From: Mobula hypostoma
Lineage: Eukaryota
Assembly (NCBI RefSeq): GCF_963921235.1
Contig: NC_086108.1
Coordinates: 3,782,001 to 3,846,000 of the forward strand
DNA: 64,000 bases
Direction: 5' to 3'
Numbering within the stretch: the stretch's first letter is position 1; each line of letters begins with the position of its first letter. The notes below the pieces were generated by a model. The model saw nothing but the letters and a program-made list of their open reading frames with translations. It did not search any database and was not told the DNA's origin. This document shows, piece by piece, positions 40,501 to 53,800 of the stretch. The position numbers were made by a program, and so were the translations under genes.

Positions 40501-43500
40501 GTGTAATAACTGTTCCTGAACCTGGTGGTGTGGGACCTGAGGCTCATTGTGGTGAGTGAAGTTATCCACACTGGTTCAGGAGCCTGATGGTTGTGGGGTA
40601 ATAACTGTTCCTGAACCTGCTGGTGTGGGACCTGAGGCTCATTGTGGTTGGTGAAGTTATCCACACTGGTTCAGGAGCCTGATGGTTGTGGGGTAATAAC
40701 TGTTCCTGAACCTGCTGGTGTGGGACCTGAGGCTCATCGTGGTGAGTGAAGTTATCCACACTGGTTCAGGAGCCTGATGGTTGTGGGGTAATAACTGTTC
40801 CTGAACCTTCTGGTGTGGGACCTGAGGCTCATTGTGGGGATTGAAGTTATCCACACTGGTTCAGGAGCCTGATGGTTGTGGGGTAATAACAGTTCCTGAA
40901 CCTGCTGGTGTGGGACCTGAGGCTCATTGTGGGTAGTGAAGTTATCCACACTGGTTCAGGAGCCTGATGCTTGTGGGGTAAGAACTGTTCCTGAACCTGG
41001 TGGTGTGGGACCTCATTGTGGTGAGTGAAGTGATCCACACTGGTTCAGGAGCCTGATGGCTGTGGGGTAATAACTGTTCCTGAACCTGGTGGTGTGGGAC
41101 CTGAGGCTCATTGTGGTGAGTGAAGTTATCCACACTGGTTCAGGAGCCTGATGGTTGTGGGGTAATAACTGTTCCTGAACCTGGTGGTGTGGGACCTGAG
41201 GCTCATTGTGGTGGGTGAAGTTATCCACACTGGTTCAGGAGCCTGATGGTTGTGGGTAATAACTGTTGCTGAACCTGCTGGTGTGGGACCTGAGGCTCAT
41301 TGTGGTGAGTGAAGTTATCCACACTGGTTCAGGAGCCTGATGGTTGTGGGGTAATAACTGTTCCTGAACCTGGTGGTGTGGGACCTCATTGTGGTGAGTG
41401 AAGTTATCCACACTGGTTCAGGAGCCTGATGGCTGTGGGGTAATAACTGTTCCTGAACCTGGTGGTGTGGGACCTGAGGCTCATTGTGGTGAGTGAAGTT
41501 ATCCACACTGGTTCAGGAGCCTGATGGTTGTGGGGTAATAACTGTTCCTGAACCTGGTGGTGTGGGACCTGAGGCTCATTGTGGTGGGTGAAGTTATCCA
41601 CACTGGTTCAGGAGCCTTATGGTTGTGGGGTAATAACTGTTCCTGAACCTGGTGGTGTGGGACCTGAGGCTCATTGTGGTGAGTGAAGTTATCCACACTG
41701 GTTCAGGAGCCTGATGGTTGTGGGGTAATAACTGTTCCTCAACCTGCTGGTGTGGGACCTGAGGCTCATTGTGGGGAGTGAAGTTATCCACACTGGTTCA
41801 GGAGCCTGATGGTTGTGGGGTAATAACTGTTCCTGAACCTGCTGGTGTGGGACCTGAGGCTCATTGTGGGGAGTGAAGTTATCCACACTGGTTCAGGAGC
41901 CTGATGGTTGTGGGGTAATGACTGTTCCTGAACCTGGTGGTGTGGGACCTGAGGCTCATTGTGGTGAGTGAAGTTATCCACACTGGTTCAGGAGCCTGAC
42001 GGTTGTGGGGTAATAACTGTTCCTGAACCTGGTGGTGTGGGACCTGAGGCTCATTGTGGTGAGTGAAGTTATCCACACTGGTTCAGGAGCCTGACGTTTG
42101 TGGGGTAATAACTGTTCCTGAACCTGGTGGTGTGGGACCTGAGGCTCATTGTGGTGAGTGAAGTTATCCACACTGGTTCAGGAGGCCGATGGTTGTGGGG
42201 TAATAATTGTTCCTGAAGCTGGCGGTGTGGGACCTGAGGCTCATTGTGGTGGGTGAAGTTATCCACACTGGTTCAGGAGCCCGATGGTTGTGGGGTAATA
42301 ACTGTTCCTGAAGCTGGCGGTGTGGGACCTGAGGCTCATTGTGGTGGGTGAAGTTATCCACACTGGTTCAGGAGCCCGATGGTTGTGGGGTAATAACTGT
42401 TCCTGAACCTGCTGGTGTGGGACCTGAGGCTCATTGTGGGGAGTGAAGTTATCCACACTGGTTCAGGAGCCTGATGGTTGTGGGGTAATGACTGTTCCTG
42501 AACCTGGTGGTGTGGGACCTGAGGCTCATTGTGGTGAGTGAAGTTATCCACACTGGTTCAGGAGCCTGACGGTTGTGGGGTAATAACTGTTCCTGAACCT
42601 GGTGGTGTGGGACCTGAGGCTCATTGTGGTGAGTGAAGTTATCCACACTGGTTCAGGAGCCTGACGTTTGTGGGGTAATAACTGTTCCTGAACCTGGTGG
42701 TGTGGGACCTGAGGCTCATTGTGGTGAGTGAAGTTATCCACACTGGTTCAGGAGGCCGATGGTTGTGGGGTAATAATTGTTCCTGAAGCTGGCGGTGTGG
42801 GACCTGAGGCTCATTGTGGTGGGTGAAGTTATCCACACTGGTTCAGGAGCCCGATGGTTGTGGGGTAATAACTGTTCCTGAAGCTGGCGGTGTGGGACCT
42901 GAGGCTCATTGTGGTGGGTGAAGTTATCCACACTGGTTCAGGAGCCCGATGGTTGTGGGGTAATAACTGTTCCTGAACCTGCTGGTGTGGGACCTGAGGC
43001 TCATTGTGGTGGGTGAAGTTATCCACACTGGTTCAGGAGCCTGATGGTTGTGGGGTAATAACTGTTCCTGAACCTGCTGGTGTGGGACCTGAGGCTCATT
43101 GTGGTGGGTGAAGTTATCCACACTGGTTCAGGAGCCTGATGGTTGTGGGGTAATAACTGTTCCTGAACCTGCTGGTGTGGGACCTGAGGCTCATTGTGGT
43201 GAGTGAAGTTATCCACACTGGTTCAGGAGCCTGATGGTTGTGGGGTAATAACTGTTCCTGAACCTGCTGGTGTGGGACCTGAGGCTCATTGTGGGGATTG
43301 AAGTTATCCACACTGGTTCAGGAGCCTGATGGTTGTGGGGTAATAACAGTTCCTGAACCTGCTGGTGTGGGACCTGAGGCTCATTGTGGGTAGTGAAGTT
43401 ATCCACACTGGTTCAGGAGCCTGATGGTTGTGGGGTAATAACTGTTCCTGAACCTGCTGGTGTGGGACCTGAGTCTCATTGTGGTGAGTGAAGTTATCCA

Positions 43501-45000
43501 CACTGGTTCAGGAGCCTGATGGTTGTGGGGTAATAACTGTTCCTGAACCTGGTGGTGTGGGACCTCATTGTGGTGAGTGAAGTTATCCACACTGGTTCAG
43601 GAGCCTGATGGCTGTGGGGTAATAACTGTTCCTGAACCTGGTGGTGTGGGACCTGAGGCTCATTGTGGTGAGTGAAGTTATCCACACTGGTTCAGGAGCC
43701 TGATGGTTGTGGGGTAATACCTGTTCCTGAACCTGGTGGTGTCGGACCTGAGGCTCATTGTGGTGGGTGAAGTTATCCACACTGGTTCAGGAGCCTGATG
43801 GTTGTGGGGTAATAACTGTTCCTCAACCTGCTGGTGTGGGACCTGAGGCTCATTGTGGTGAGTGAAGTTATCCACACTGGTTCAGGAGCCTGATGGTTGT
43901 GGGGTAATAACTGTTCCTGAACCTGCTGGTGTGGGAGCTGAGGCTCATTGTGGGGATTGAAGTTATCCACACTGGTTCAGGAGCCTGACGGTTGTGGGGT
44001 AATAACTGTTCCTGAACCTGCTGGTGTGGGACCTGAGGCTCATTGTGGTGAGTGAAGTTATCCACACTGGTTCAGGAGCCTGACGGTTGTGGGGTAATAA
44101 CTGTTCCTGAACCTGCTGGTGTGGGACCTGAGGCTCATTGTGGTGAGTGAAGTTATCCACACTGGTTCAGGAGCCTGATGGTTGTGGTGTAATAACTGTT
44201 CCTGAACCTGGTGGTGTGGGACCTGAGGCTCATTGTGGTGAGTGAAGTTATCCACACTGGTTCAGGAGCCTGATGGTTGTGGGGTAATAACTGTTCCTGA
44301 ACCTGCTGGTGTGGGACCTGAGGCTCATTGTGGTTGGTGAAGTTATCCACACTGGTTCAGGAGCCTGATGGTTGTGGGGTAATAACTGTTCCTGAACCTG
44401 CTGGTGTGGGACCTGAGGCTCATCGTGGTGAGTGAAGTTATCCACACTGGTTCAGGAGCCTGATGGTTGTGGGGTAATAACTGTTCCTGAACCTTCTGGT
44501 GTGGGACCTGAGGCTCATTGTGGGGATTGAAGTTATCCACACTGGTTCAGGAGCCTGATGGTTGTGGGGTAATAACAGTTCCTGAACCTGCTGGTGTGGG
44601 ACCTGAGGCTCATTGTGGGTAGTGAAGTTATCCACACTGGTTCAGGAGCCTGATGCTTGTGGGGTAAGAACTGTTCCTGAACCTGGTGGTGTGGGACCTC
44701 ATTGTGGTGAGTGAAGTGATCCACACTGGTTCAGGAGCCTGATGGCTGTGGGGTAATAACTGTTCCTGAACCTTGTGGTGTGGGACCTGAGGCTCATTGT
44801 GGTGAGTGAAGTTATCCACACTGGTTCAGGAACCTGATGGTTGTGGGGTAATAACTGTTCCTGAACCTGGTGGTGTGGGACCTGAGGCTCATTGTGGTGG
44901 GTGAAGTTATCCACACTGGTTCAGGAGCCTGATGGTTGTGGGTAATAACTGTTGCTGAACCTGCTGGTGTGGGACCTCAGGCTCATTGTGGTGAGTGAAG
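37534..45000. repeat. Higher-order tandem duplication, 3686-bp unit (39 monomers), each copy containing an internal 570-bp (6-monomer) duplication
   Basis: 89-bp monomers at 37629/41315, 39808/43494 and 40942/44628. The AATGACT variant monomer occurs at 38193, 38763, 41879 and 42449. Confidence 0.9.
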
Positions 45001-48000
45001 TTATCCACACTGGTTCAGGACCCTGATGGTTGTGGGGTAATAACTGTTCCTGAACCTGCTGGTGTGGGACCTGAGGCTCATTGTGGGGATTGAAGTTATC
45101 CACACTGGTTCAGGAGCCTGACCGTTGTGGGGTAATAACTGTTCCTGAACCTGCTGGTGTGGGACCTGAGGCTCATTGTGGTGAGTGAAGTTATCCACAC
45201 TGGTTCAGGAGCCTGACGGTTGTGGGGTAATAACTGTTCCTGAACCTGCTGGTGTGGGACCTGAGGCTCATTGTGGTGAGTGAAGTTATCCACACTGGTT
45301 CAGGAGCCTGATGGTTGTGGGGTAATAACTGTTCCTGAACCTGGTGGTGTGGGACCTGAGGCTCATTGTGGTGAGTGAAGTTATCCACACTGGTTCAGGA
45401 GCCTGATGGTTGTGGGGTAATAACTGTTCCTGAACCTGGTGGTGTGGGACCAGAGGCTCATTGTGGTGAGTGAAGTTATCCTCACTGGTTCAGGAGGGCG
45501 ATGGTTGTGGGGTAATAATTGTTCCTGAAGCTGGCGGTGTGGGACCTGAGGCTCATTGTGGTAGGTGAAGTTATCCACACTGGTTCATGAGCCCGATGGT
45601 TGTGGGGTAATAACTGTTCCTGAAGCTGGCGGTGTGGGACTTGAGGCTCATTGTGGTGGGTGAAGTTATCCACACTGGTTCAGGAGCCCGATGGTTGTGG
45701 GGTAATAACTGTTCCTGAATCTGCTGGTGTGGGACCTGAGGCTCATTGTGGTGGGTGAAGTTATCCACACTGGTTCAGGAGCCTGATGGTTGTGGGGTAA
45801 TAACTGTTCCTGAACCTGCTTGTGTGGGACCTGAGGCTCATTGTGGTGGGTGAAGTTATCCACACTGGTTCAGGAGCCTGATGGTTGTGGGGTAATAACT
45901 GTTCCTGAACCTGCTGGTGTGGGACCTGAGGCTCATTGTGGTGAGTGAAGTTATCCACACTGGTTCAGGAGCCTGATGGTTGTGGGGTAATAACTGTTCC
46001 CGAACCTGCTGGTTTGGGACCTGAGGCTCATTGTGGGGAGTGAAGTTATCCACACTGGTTCAGGAGCCTGATGGTTGTGGGGTAATAACTGTTCCTGAAC
46101 CTGCTGGTGTGGGACCTGAGGCTCATTGTGGTGAGTGAAGTTATCCACACTGGTTCAGGAGCCTGATGGTTGTGGGGTAATAACTGTTCCTGAACCTGGT
46201 GGTGTGGGACCTCATTGTGGTGAGTGAAGTTATCCACACTGGTTCAGGAGCCTGATGGCTGTGGGGTAATAACTGTTCCTGAACCTGCTGGTGTGGGACC
46301 TGAGGCTCATCGTTGTGAGTGAAGTTATCCACACTGGTTCAGGAGCCTGATGGTTGTGGGGTAATAACTGTTCCTGAACCTGCTGGTGTGGGACCTGAGG
46401 CTCATTGTGGGGAATGAAGTTATCCACACTGGCTCAGGAGCCTGATGGTTGTGGGGTAATAACTGTTCCTGAACCTGCTGGTGTGGGACCTGAGGCTCAT
46501 TGTGGTGAGTGAAGTTATCCACACTGGTTCAGGAGCCTGATGGTTGTGGGGTAATAACTGTTCCTGAACCTGGTGGTGTGGGACCTCATTGTGGTGAGTG
46601 AAGTTATCCACACTGGTTCAGGAGCGTGATGGCTGTGGGGTAATAACTGTTCCTGAACCTGTTGGTGTGGGACCTGAGGCTCATTGTGGTGAGTGAAGTT
46701 ATCCACACTGGTTCAGGAGCCTGATGGTTGTGGGGTAATAACTGTTCCTGAACCTGGTGGTGTGGGACCTGAGGCTCATTGTGGTGGGTGAAGTTATCCA
46801 CACTGGTTCAGGAGCCTGATGGTTGTGGGGTAATAACTGTTCCTGAACCTGCTGGTGTGGGACCTGAGGCTCATTGTGGTGAGTGAAGTTATCCACACTG
46901 GTTCAGCAGCCTGATGGTTGTGGGGTAATAACTGTTCCTGAACCTGCTGGTGCGGGACCTGAGGCTCATTGTGGGGAGTGAAGTTATCCACACTGGTTCA
47001 GGAGCCTGATGGTTGTGGGGTAATAACTGTTCCTGAACCTGCTGGTGTGGGACCTGAGGCTCATTGTGGGGAGTGAAGTTATCCGCACTGGTTCAGGATC
47101 CTGATGGTTGTGGGGTAATAACTGTTCCTGAACCTGGTGGTGTGGGACCTCATTGTGGTGAGTGAAGTTATCCACACTGGTTCAGGAGCCTGATGGCTGT
47201 GGGGTAATAACTGTTCCTGAACCTGCTTGTGTGGGACCTGAGGCTCATCGTGGTGACTGAAGTTATCCACACTGGTTCAGGAGCCTGATGGTTGTGGGGT
47301 AATAACTGTTCCTGAACCTGCTGGTGTGGGACCTGAGGCTCATTGTGGGGAATGAAGTTATCCACACTGGCTCAGGAGCCTGATGGTTGTGGGGTAATAA
47401 CTGTTCCTGAACCTGCTGGTGTGGGACCTGAGGCTCATTGTGGTGAGTGAAGTTATCCACACTGGTTCAGGAGCCTGATGGTTGTGGGGTAATAACTGTT
47501 CCTGAACCTGGTGGTGTGGGACCTCATTGTGGTGAGTGAAGTTATCCACACTGGTTCAGGAGCCTGATGGCTGTGGGGTAATAACTGTTCCTGAACCTGT
47601 TGGTGTGGGACCTGAGGCTCGTTGTGGTGAGTGAAGTTATCCACACTGGTTCAGGAGCCTGATGGTTGTGGGGTAATAACTGTTCCTGAACCTGGTGGTG
47701 TGGGACCTGAGGCTCATTGTGGTGGGTGAAGTTATCCACACTGGTTCAGGAGCCTGATGGTTGTGGGGTAATAACTGTTCCTGAACCTGCTGGTGTGGGA
47801 CCTGAGGCTCATTGTGGTGAGTGAAGTTATCCACACTGGTTCAGGAGCCTGATGGTTGTGGGGTAATAACTGTTCCTGAACCTGCTGGTGCGGGACCTGA
47901 GGCTCATTGTGGGGAGTGAAGTTATCCACACTGGTTCAGGAGCCTGATGGTTGTGGGGTAATAACTGTTCCTGAACCTGCTGGTGTGGGACCTGAGGCTC

Positions 48001-48396
48001 ATTGTGGGGAGTGAAGTTATCCACACTGGTTCAGGAGCCTGATGGTTGTGGGGTAATAACTGTTCCTGAACCTGCTGGTGTGGGACCTGAGGCTCATTGT
48101 GGGGAGTGAAGTTATCCACACTGGTTCAGGAGCCTGATGGTTGTGGGGTAATAACTGTTCCTGAACCTGCTGGTGTGGGACCTGAGGCTCATTGTGTGGA
48201 GTGAAGTTATCCACACTGGTTTAGGAGCCTGATGGTTGTGGGGTAATGACTGTTCCTGAACCTGGTTGTGTGGGACCTGAGGCTCATTGTGGTGAGTGAA
48301 GTTATCCACACTGGTTCAGGAGCCTGACGGTTGTGGGGTAATAACTGTTCCTGAACCTGGTGGTGTGGGACCTGAGGCTCATTGTGGTGAGTGAAG

Positions 48397-50854
48397 TTAT
48401 CCACACTGGTTCAGGAGCCTGACGGTTGTGGGGTAATAACTGTTCCTGAACCTGGTGGTGTGGGACCTTAGGCTCATTCTGGTGAGTGAAGTTATCCACA
48501 CTGGTTCAGGAGGCCGATGGTTGTGGGGTAATAATTGTTCCTGAAGCTGGCGGTGTGGGACCTGAGGCTCATTGTGGTGGGTGAAGTTATCCACACTGGT
48601 TCAGGAGCCTGATGGTTGTGGGGTAATAACTGTTCCTGAAGCTGGCGGTGTGGGACCTGAGGCTCATTGTGGTGGGTGAAGTTATCCACACTGGTTCAGG
48701 GTCCCGATGGTTGTGGGGTAATAACTGTTCCTGAACCTGCTGGTGTGGGACCTGAGGCTTATTGTGGTGGGTGAAGTTATCCACACTGGTTCAGGAGCCC
48801 GATGGTTGTGGGGTAATAACTGTTCCTGAACCTGCTGGTGTGGGACCTGAGGCTCATTGTGGTGGGTGAAGTTATCCACACTGGTTCAGGAGCCTGATGG
48901 TTGTGGGGTAATAACTGTTCCTGAACCTGCTGGTGTGGGACCTGAGGCTCATTGTGGTGAGTGAAGTTATCCACACTGGTTCAGGAGCCTGATGGTTGTG
49001 GGGTAATAACTGTTCCTGAACCTGCTGGTGTGGGACCTGAGGCTCATTGTGGGGATTGAAGTTATCCACACTGGTTCAGGAGCCTGATGGTTGTGGGGTA
49101 ATAACAGTTCCTGAACCTGCTGGTGTGGGACCTGAGGCTCATTGTGGGTAGTGAAGTTATCCACACTGGTTCAGGAGCCTGATGGTTGTGGGGTAATAAC
49201 TGTTCCTGAACCTGCTGGTGTGGGACCTGAGTCTCATTGTGGTGAGTGAAGTTATCCACACTGGTTCAGGAGCCTGATGGTTGTGGGGTAATAACTGTTC
49301 CTGAACCTGGTGGTGTGGGACCTCATTGTGGTGAGTGAAGTTATCCACACTGGTTCAGGAGCCTGATGGCTGTGGGGTAATAACTGTTCCTGAACCTGGT
49401 GGTGTGGGACCTGAGGCTCATTGTGGTGAGTGAAGTTATCCACACTGGTTCAGGAGCCTGATGGTTGTGGGGTAATAACTGTTCCTGAACCTGCTGGTGT
49501 GGGACCTGAGGCTCATTGTGGTGGGTGAAGTTATCCACACTGGTTCAGGAGCCTGATGGTTGTGGGGTAATAACTGTTCCTGAACCTGCTGGTTTGGGAC
49601 CTGAGGCTCATTGTGGTGAGTGAAGTTATCCACACTGGTTCAGGAGCCTGACGGTTGTGGGGTAATAACTGTTCCTGAACCTGGTGGTGTGGGACCTTAG
49701 GCTCATTCTGGTGAGTGAAGTTATCCACACTGGTTCAGGAGGCCGATGGTTGTGGGGTAATAATTGTTCCTGAAGCTGGCGGTGTGGGACCTGAGGCTCA
49801 TTGTGGTGGGTGAAGTTATCCACACTGGTTCAGGAGCCTGATGGTTGTGGGGTAATAACTGTTCCTGAAGCTGGCGGTGTGGGACCTGAGGCTCATTGTG
49901 GTGGGTGAAGTTATCCACACTGGTTCAGGGTCCCGATGGTTGTGGGGTAATAACTGTTCCTGAACCTGCTGGTGTGGGACCTGAGGCTTATTGTGGTGGG
50001 TGAAGTTATCCACACTGGTTCAGGAGCCCGATGGTTGTGGGGTAATAACTGTTCCTGAACCTGCTGGTGTGGGACCTGAGGCTCATTGTGGTGGGTGAAG
50101 TTATCCACACTGGTTCAGGAGCCTGATGGTTGTGGGGTAATAACTGTTCCTGAACCTGCTGGTGTGGGACCTGAGGCTCATTGTGGTGAGTGAAGTTATC
50201 CACACTGGTTCAGGAGCCTGATGGTTGTGGGGTAATAACTGTTCCTGAACCTGCTGGTGTGGGACCTGAGGCTCATTGTGGGGATTGAAGTTATCCACAC
50301 TGGTTCAGGAGCCTGATGGTTGTGGGGTAATAACAGTTCCTGAACCTGCTGGTGTGGGACCTGAGGCTCATTGTGGGTAGTGAAGTTATCCACACTGGTT
50401 CAGGAGCCTGATGGTTGTGGGGTAATAACTGTTCCTGAACCTGCTGGTGTGGGACCTGAGTCTCATTGTGGTGAGTGAAGTTATCCACACTGGTTCAGGA
50501 GCCTGATGGTTGTGGGGTAATAACTGTTCCTGAACCTGGTGGTGTGGGACCTCATTGTGGTGAGTGAAGTTATCCACACTGGTTCAGGAGCCTGATGGCT
50601 GTGGGGTAATAACTGTTCCTGAACCTGGTGGTGTGGGACCTGAGGCTCATTGTGGTGAGTGAAGTTATCCACACTGGTTCAGGAGCCTGATGGTTGTGGG
50701 GTAATAACTGTTCCTGAACCTGCTGGTGTGGGACCTGAGGCTCATTGTGGTGGGTGAAGTTATCCACACTGGTTCAGGAGCCTGATGGTTGTGGGGTAAT
50801 AACTGTTCCTGAACCTGCTGGTTTGGGACCTGAGGCTCATTGTGGTGAGTGAAG
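48397..50854. repeat. Higher-order tandem duplication, 1229-bp unit (13 monomers)
   Basis: CCTTAGGCTCATTCTGG in monomers 48397/49626; CAGGGTCCCG in monomers 48682/49911; 89-bp monomers at 49252/50481. Confidence 0.9.
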
Positions 50855-53800
50855 TTATCCACACTGGTTCAGGAGCCTTATGGTTGTGGGGTAATAACTG
50901 ATCCTGAACCTGCTGGTGTGGGACCTGAGGCTCATTGTGGGGATTGAAGTTATCCACACTGGTTCAGGAGCCTGACGGTTGTGGGGTAATAACTGTTCCT
51001 GAACCTGCTGGTGTGGGACCTGAGGCTCATTGTGGTGAGTGAAGTTATCCACACTGGTTCAGGAGCCTGACGGTTGTGGGGTAATAACTGTTCCTGAACC
51101 TGCTGGTGTGGGACCAGAGGCTCATTGTGGTGAGTGAAGTTATCCACACTGGTTCATGAGCCTGATGGTTGTGGGGTAATAACTGTTCCTTAACCTGGTG
51201 GTGTGGGACCTGAGGCTCATTGTGGTGAGTGAAGTTATCCACACTGGTTCAGGAGCCTGATGGTTGTGGGGTAATAACTGTTCCTGAACCTGCTGGTGTG
51301 GGACCTGAGGCTCATTGTGGTGGGTGAAGTTATCCACACTGGTTCAGGAGCCCGATGGTTGTGGGGTAATAATTGTTCCTGAACCTCGTGGTGAGTGAAG
51401 TTATCCACACTTGTTCATGAGCCCGATAGTTGTGGGGTAATAACTGTTCCTGAAGCTGGCGGTGTGGGACCTGAGGCTCATTGTGGTGAGTGAAGTTATC
51501 CACACTGGTTCAGGAGCCTGATGGTTGTGGGGTAATAACTGTTCCTGAACCTTGTGGTGTGGGACCTGAGGCTCATTGTGGTGGGTGAAGTTATCCACAC
51601 TGGTTCAGGAGCCTAATGGTTGTGGGGTAATAACTGTTCCTGAACCTGGTGGTGTGGGACCTGAGGCTCATTGTGGTGGGTGAAGTTATCCACACTGGTT
51701 CAGGAGCCTGATGGTTGTGGGGTAATAACTGTTCCTGAAGCTGGCGGTGTGGGACCTGAGGCTCATTGTGGTGGGTGAAGTTATCCACACTGGTTCAGGA
51801 GCCTGATGGTTGTGGGGTAATAACTGTTCCTGATGCTGGCGGTATGGGACCTGAGGCTCATTGTGGTGGGTGAAGTTATCCACACTGGTTCAGGAGCCTG
51901 ATGGTTGTGGGGTAATAACTGTTCCTGAACCTGCTGGTGTGGGACCTGAGGCTCATTGTGGTGGGTGAAGTTATCCACACTGGTTCAGGAGCCTGATGGC
52001 TGAGGGGTAATAACTGTTCCTGAACCTGCAGGTGTGGGACCTGAGGCTCATTGTGGTGAGTGAAGTTATCCACACTGGTTCAGGAGCCTGATGGTTGTGG
52101 GGTAATAACTGTTCCTGAACCTGCTGGTGTGGGACCTGAGACTCATTGTGGGGAGTGAAGTTATCCACACTGGTTCAGGAGCCTGATGGTTGTGGGGTAA
52201 TAACTGTTCCTGAACCTGCTGGTGTGGGACCTGAGGCTCATTGTGGTGAGTGAAGTTATCCACACTGGTTCAGGAGCCTGATGGTTGTGGGGTAATAACT
52301 GTTCCTGAACCTGGTGGTGTGGGACCTCATTGTGGTGTGTGAAGTTATCCACACTGGTTCAGGAGCCTGATGGCTGTGGGGTAATAACTGTTCCTGAACC
52401 TGCTGGTGTGGGACCTGAGGCTCATTGTGGTGAGTGAAGTTATCCACACTGGTTCAGGAGCCTGATGGTTGTGGGGTAATAACTGTTCCTGAACCTGCTG
52501 GTGTGGGACATGAGGCTCATTGTGGTGGGTGAAGTTATCCACACTGGTTCAGGAGCCTGATGGTTGTGGGGTAATAACTGTTCCTGAACCTGCTGGTGTG
52601 GGACCTGAGGCTCATTGTGGTGAGTGAAGTTATCCACACTGGTTCAGGAGCCTGATGGTTGTGCGGTAATAACTGTTCCTGAACCTTCTGGTGTGGGACC
52701 TGAGGCTCATTGTGGTGAGTGAAGTTATCCACACTGGTTCAGGAGCCTGATGGTTGTGGGGTAATAACTGTTCCTGAACCTGGTGGTGTGGGACCTGAGG
52801 CTCATTGTGGGGAGTGAAGTTATCCACACTGGTTCAGGAACCTGACGGTGGTGGGGTAATAACTGTTCCTGAACCTGGTGGTGTGGGACCTGAGGCTCAT
52901 TGTGGTGAGTGAAGTTATCCACACTGGTTCAGGAGCCTGACGGTTGTGGGGTAATAACTGTTCCTGAACCTGGTGGTGTGGGACCTGAGACTCATTGTGG
53001 TGAGTGAAATTATCCACACTGGTTCAGGAGCCTGACGGTTGTGGGGTAATAATTGTTCCTGAACCTGGTGGTGTGGGACCTGAGGCTCATTGTGGTGAGT
53101 GAAGTTATCCACACTGGTTCAGGAGCCCGATGGTTGTGGGGTAATAATTGTTCCCAACCTGGTGGTGTGGGACCTGAGGCTCATTGTGGTGAGTGAAGTT
53201 ATCAATACTGGTTCAGGAGCCCGATGGTTGTGGGGTAATAACTGTTCCCGAACCTGGCGGTGTGGGACCTGAGGCTCATTGTGGTGAGTGAAGTTATCCA
53301 CACTGGTTCAGGAGCCCGATGGTTGTGGGGTAATAACTGTTCCTGAACCTGGTGGTGTGGGACCTGAGGCTCATTGTGGTGGGTGAAGTTATCCACACTG
53401 GTTCAGGAGCCTGATGGTTGTGGGGTAATAACTGTTCCTGAACCTTGTGGTGTGGTACCTGAGGCTCATTGTGGTGGGTGAAGTTATCCACACTGGTTCA
53501 GGAGCCTGATGGTTGTGGGGTAATAACTGTTCCTGAACCTGCTGGTGTGGGACCTGAGGCTGATTGTGGTGAGTGAAGTTATCCACACTGGTTCAGGAGC
53601 CTGATGGTTGTGGGGTAATAACTGTTCCTGAACCTGCTGGTTTGGGACCTGAGGCTCATTGTGGGGAGTGAAGTTATCCACACTGGTTCAGCAGCCTGAT
53701 GGTTGTGGGGTAATAACTGTTCCTGAACCTGCTGGTGTGGGACCTGAGGCTCATTGTGGTGAGTGAAGTTATCCACACTGGTTCAGGAGCCTGATGGTTG

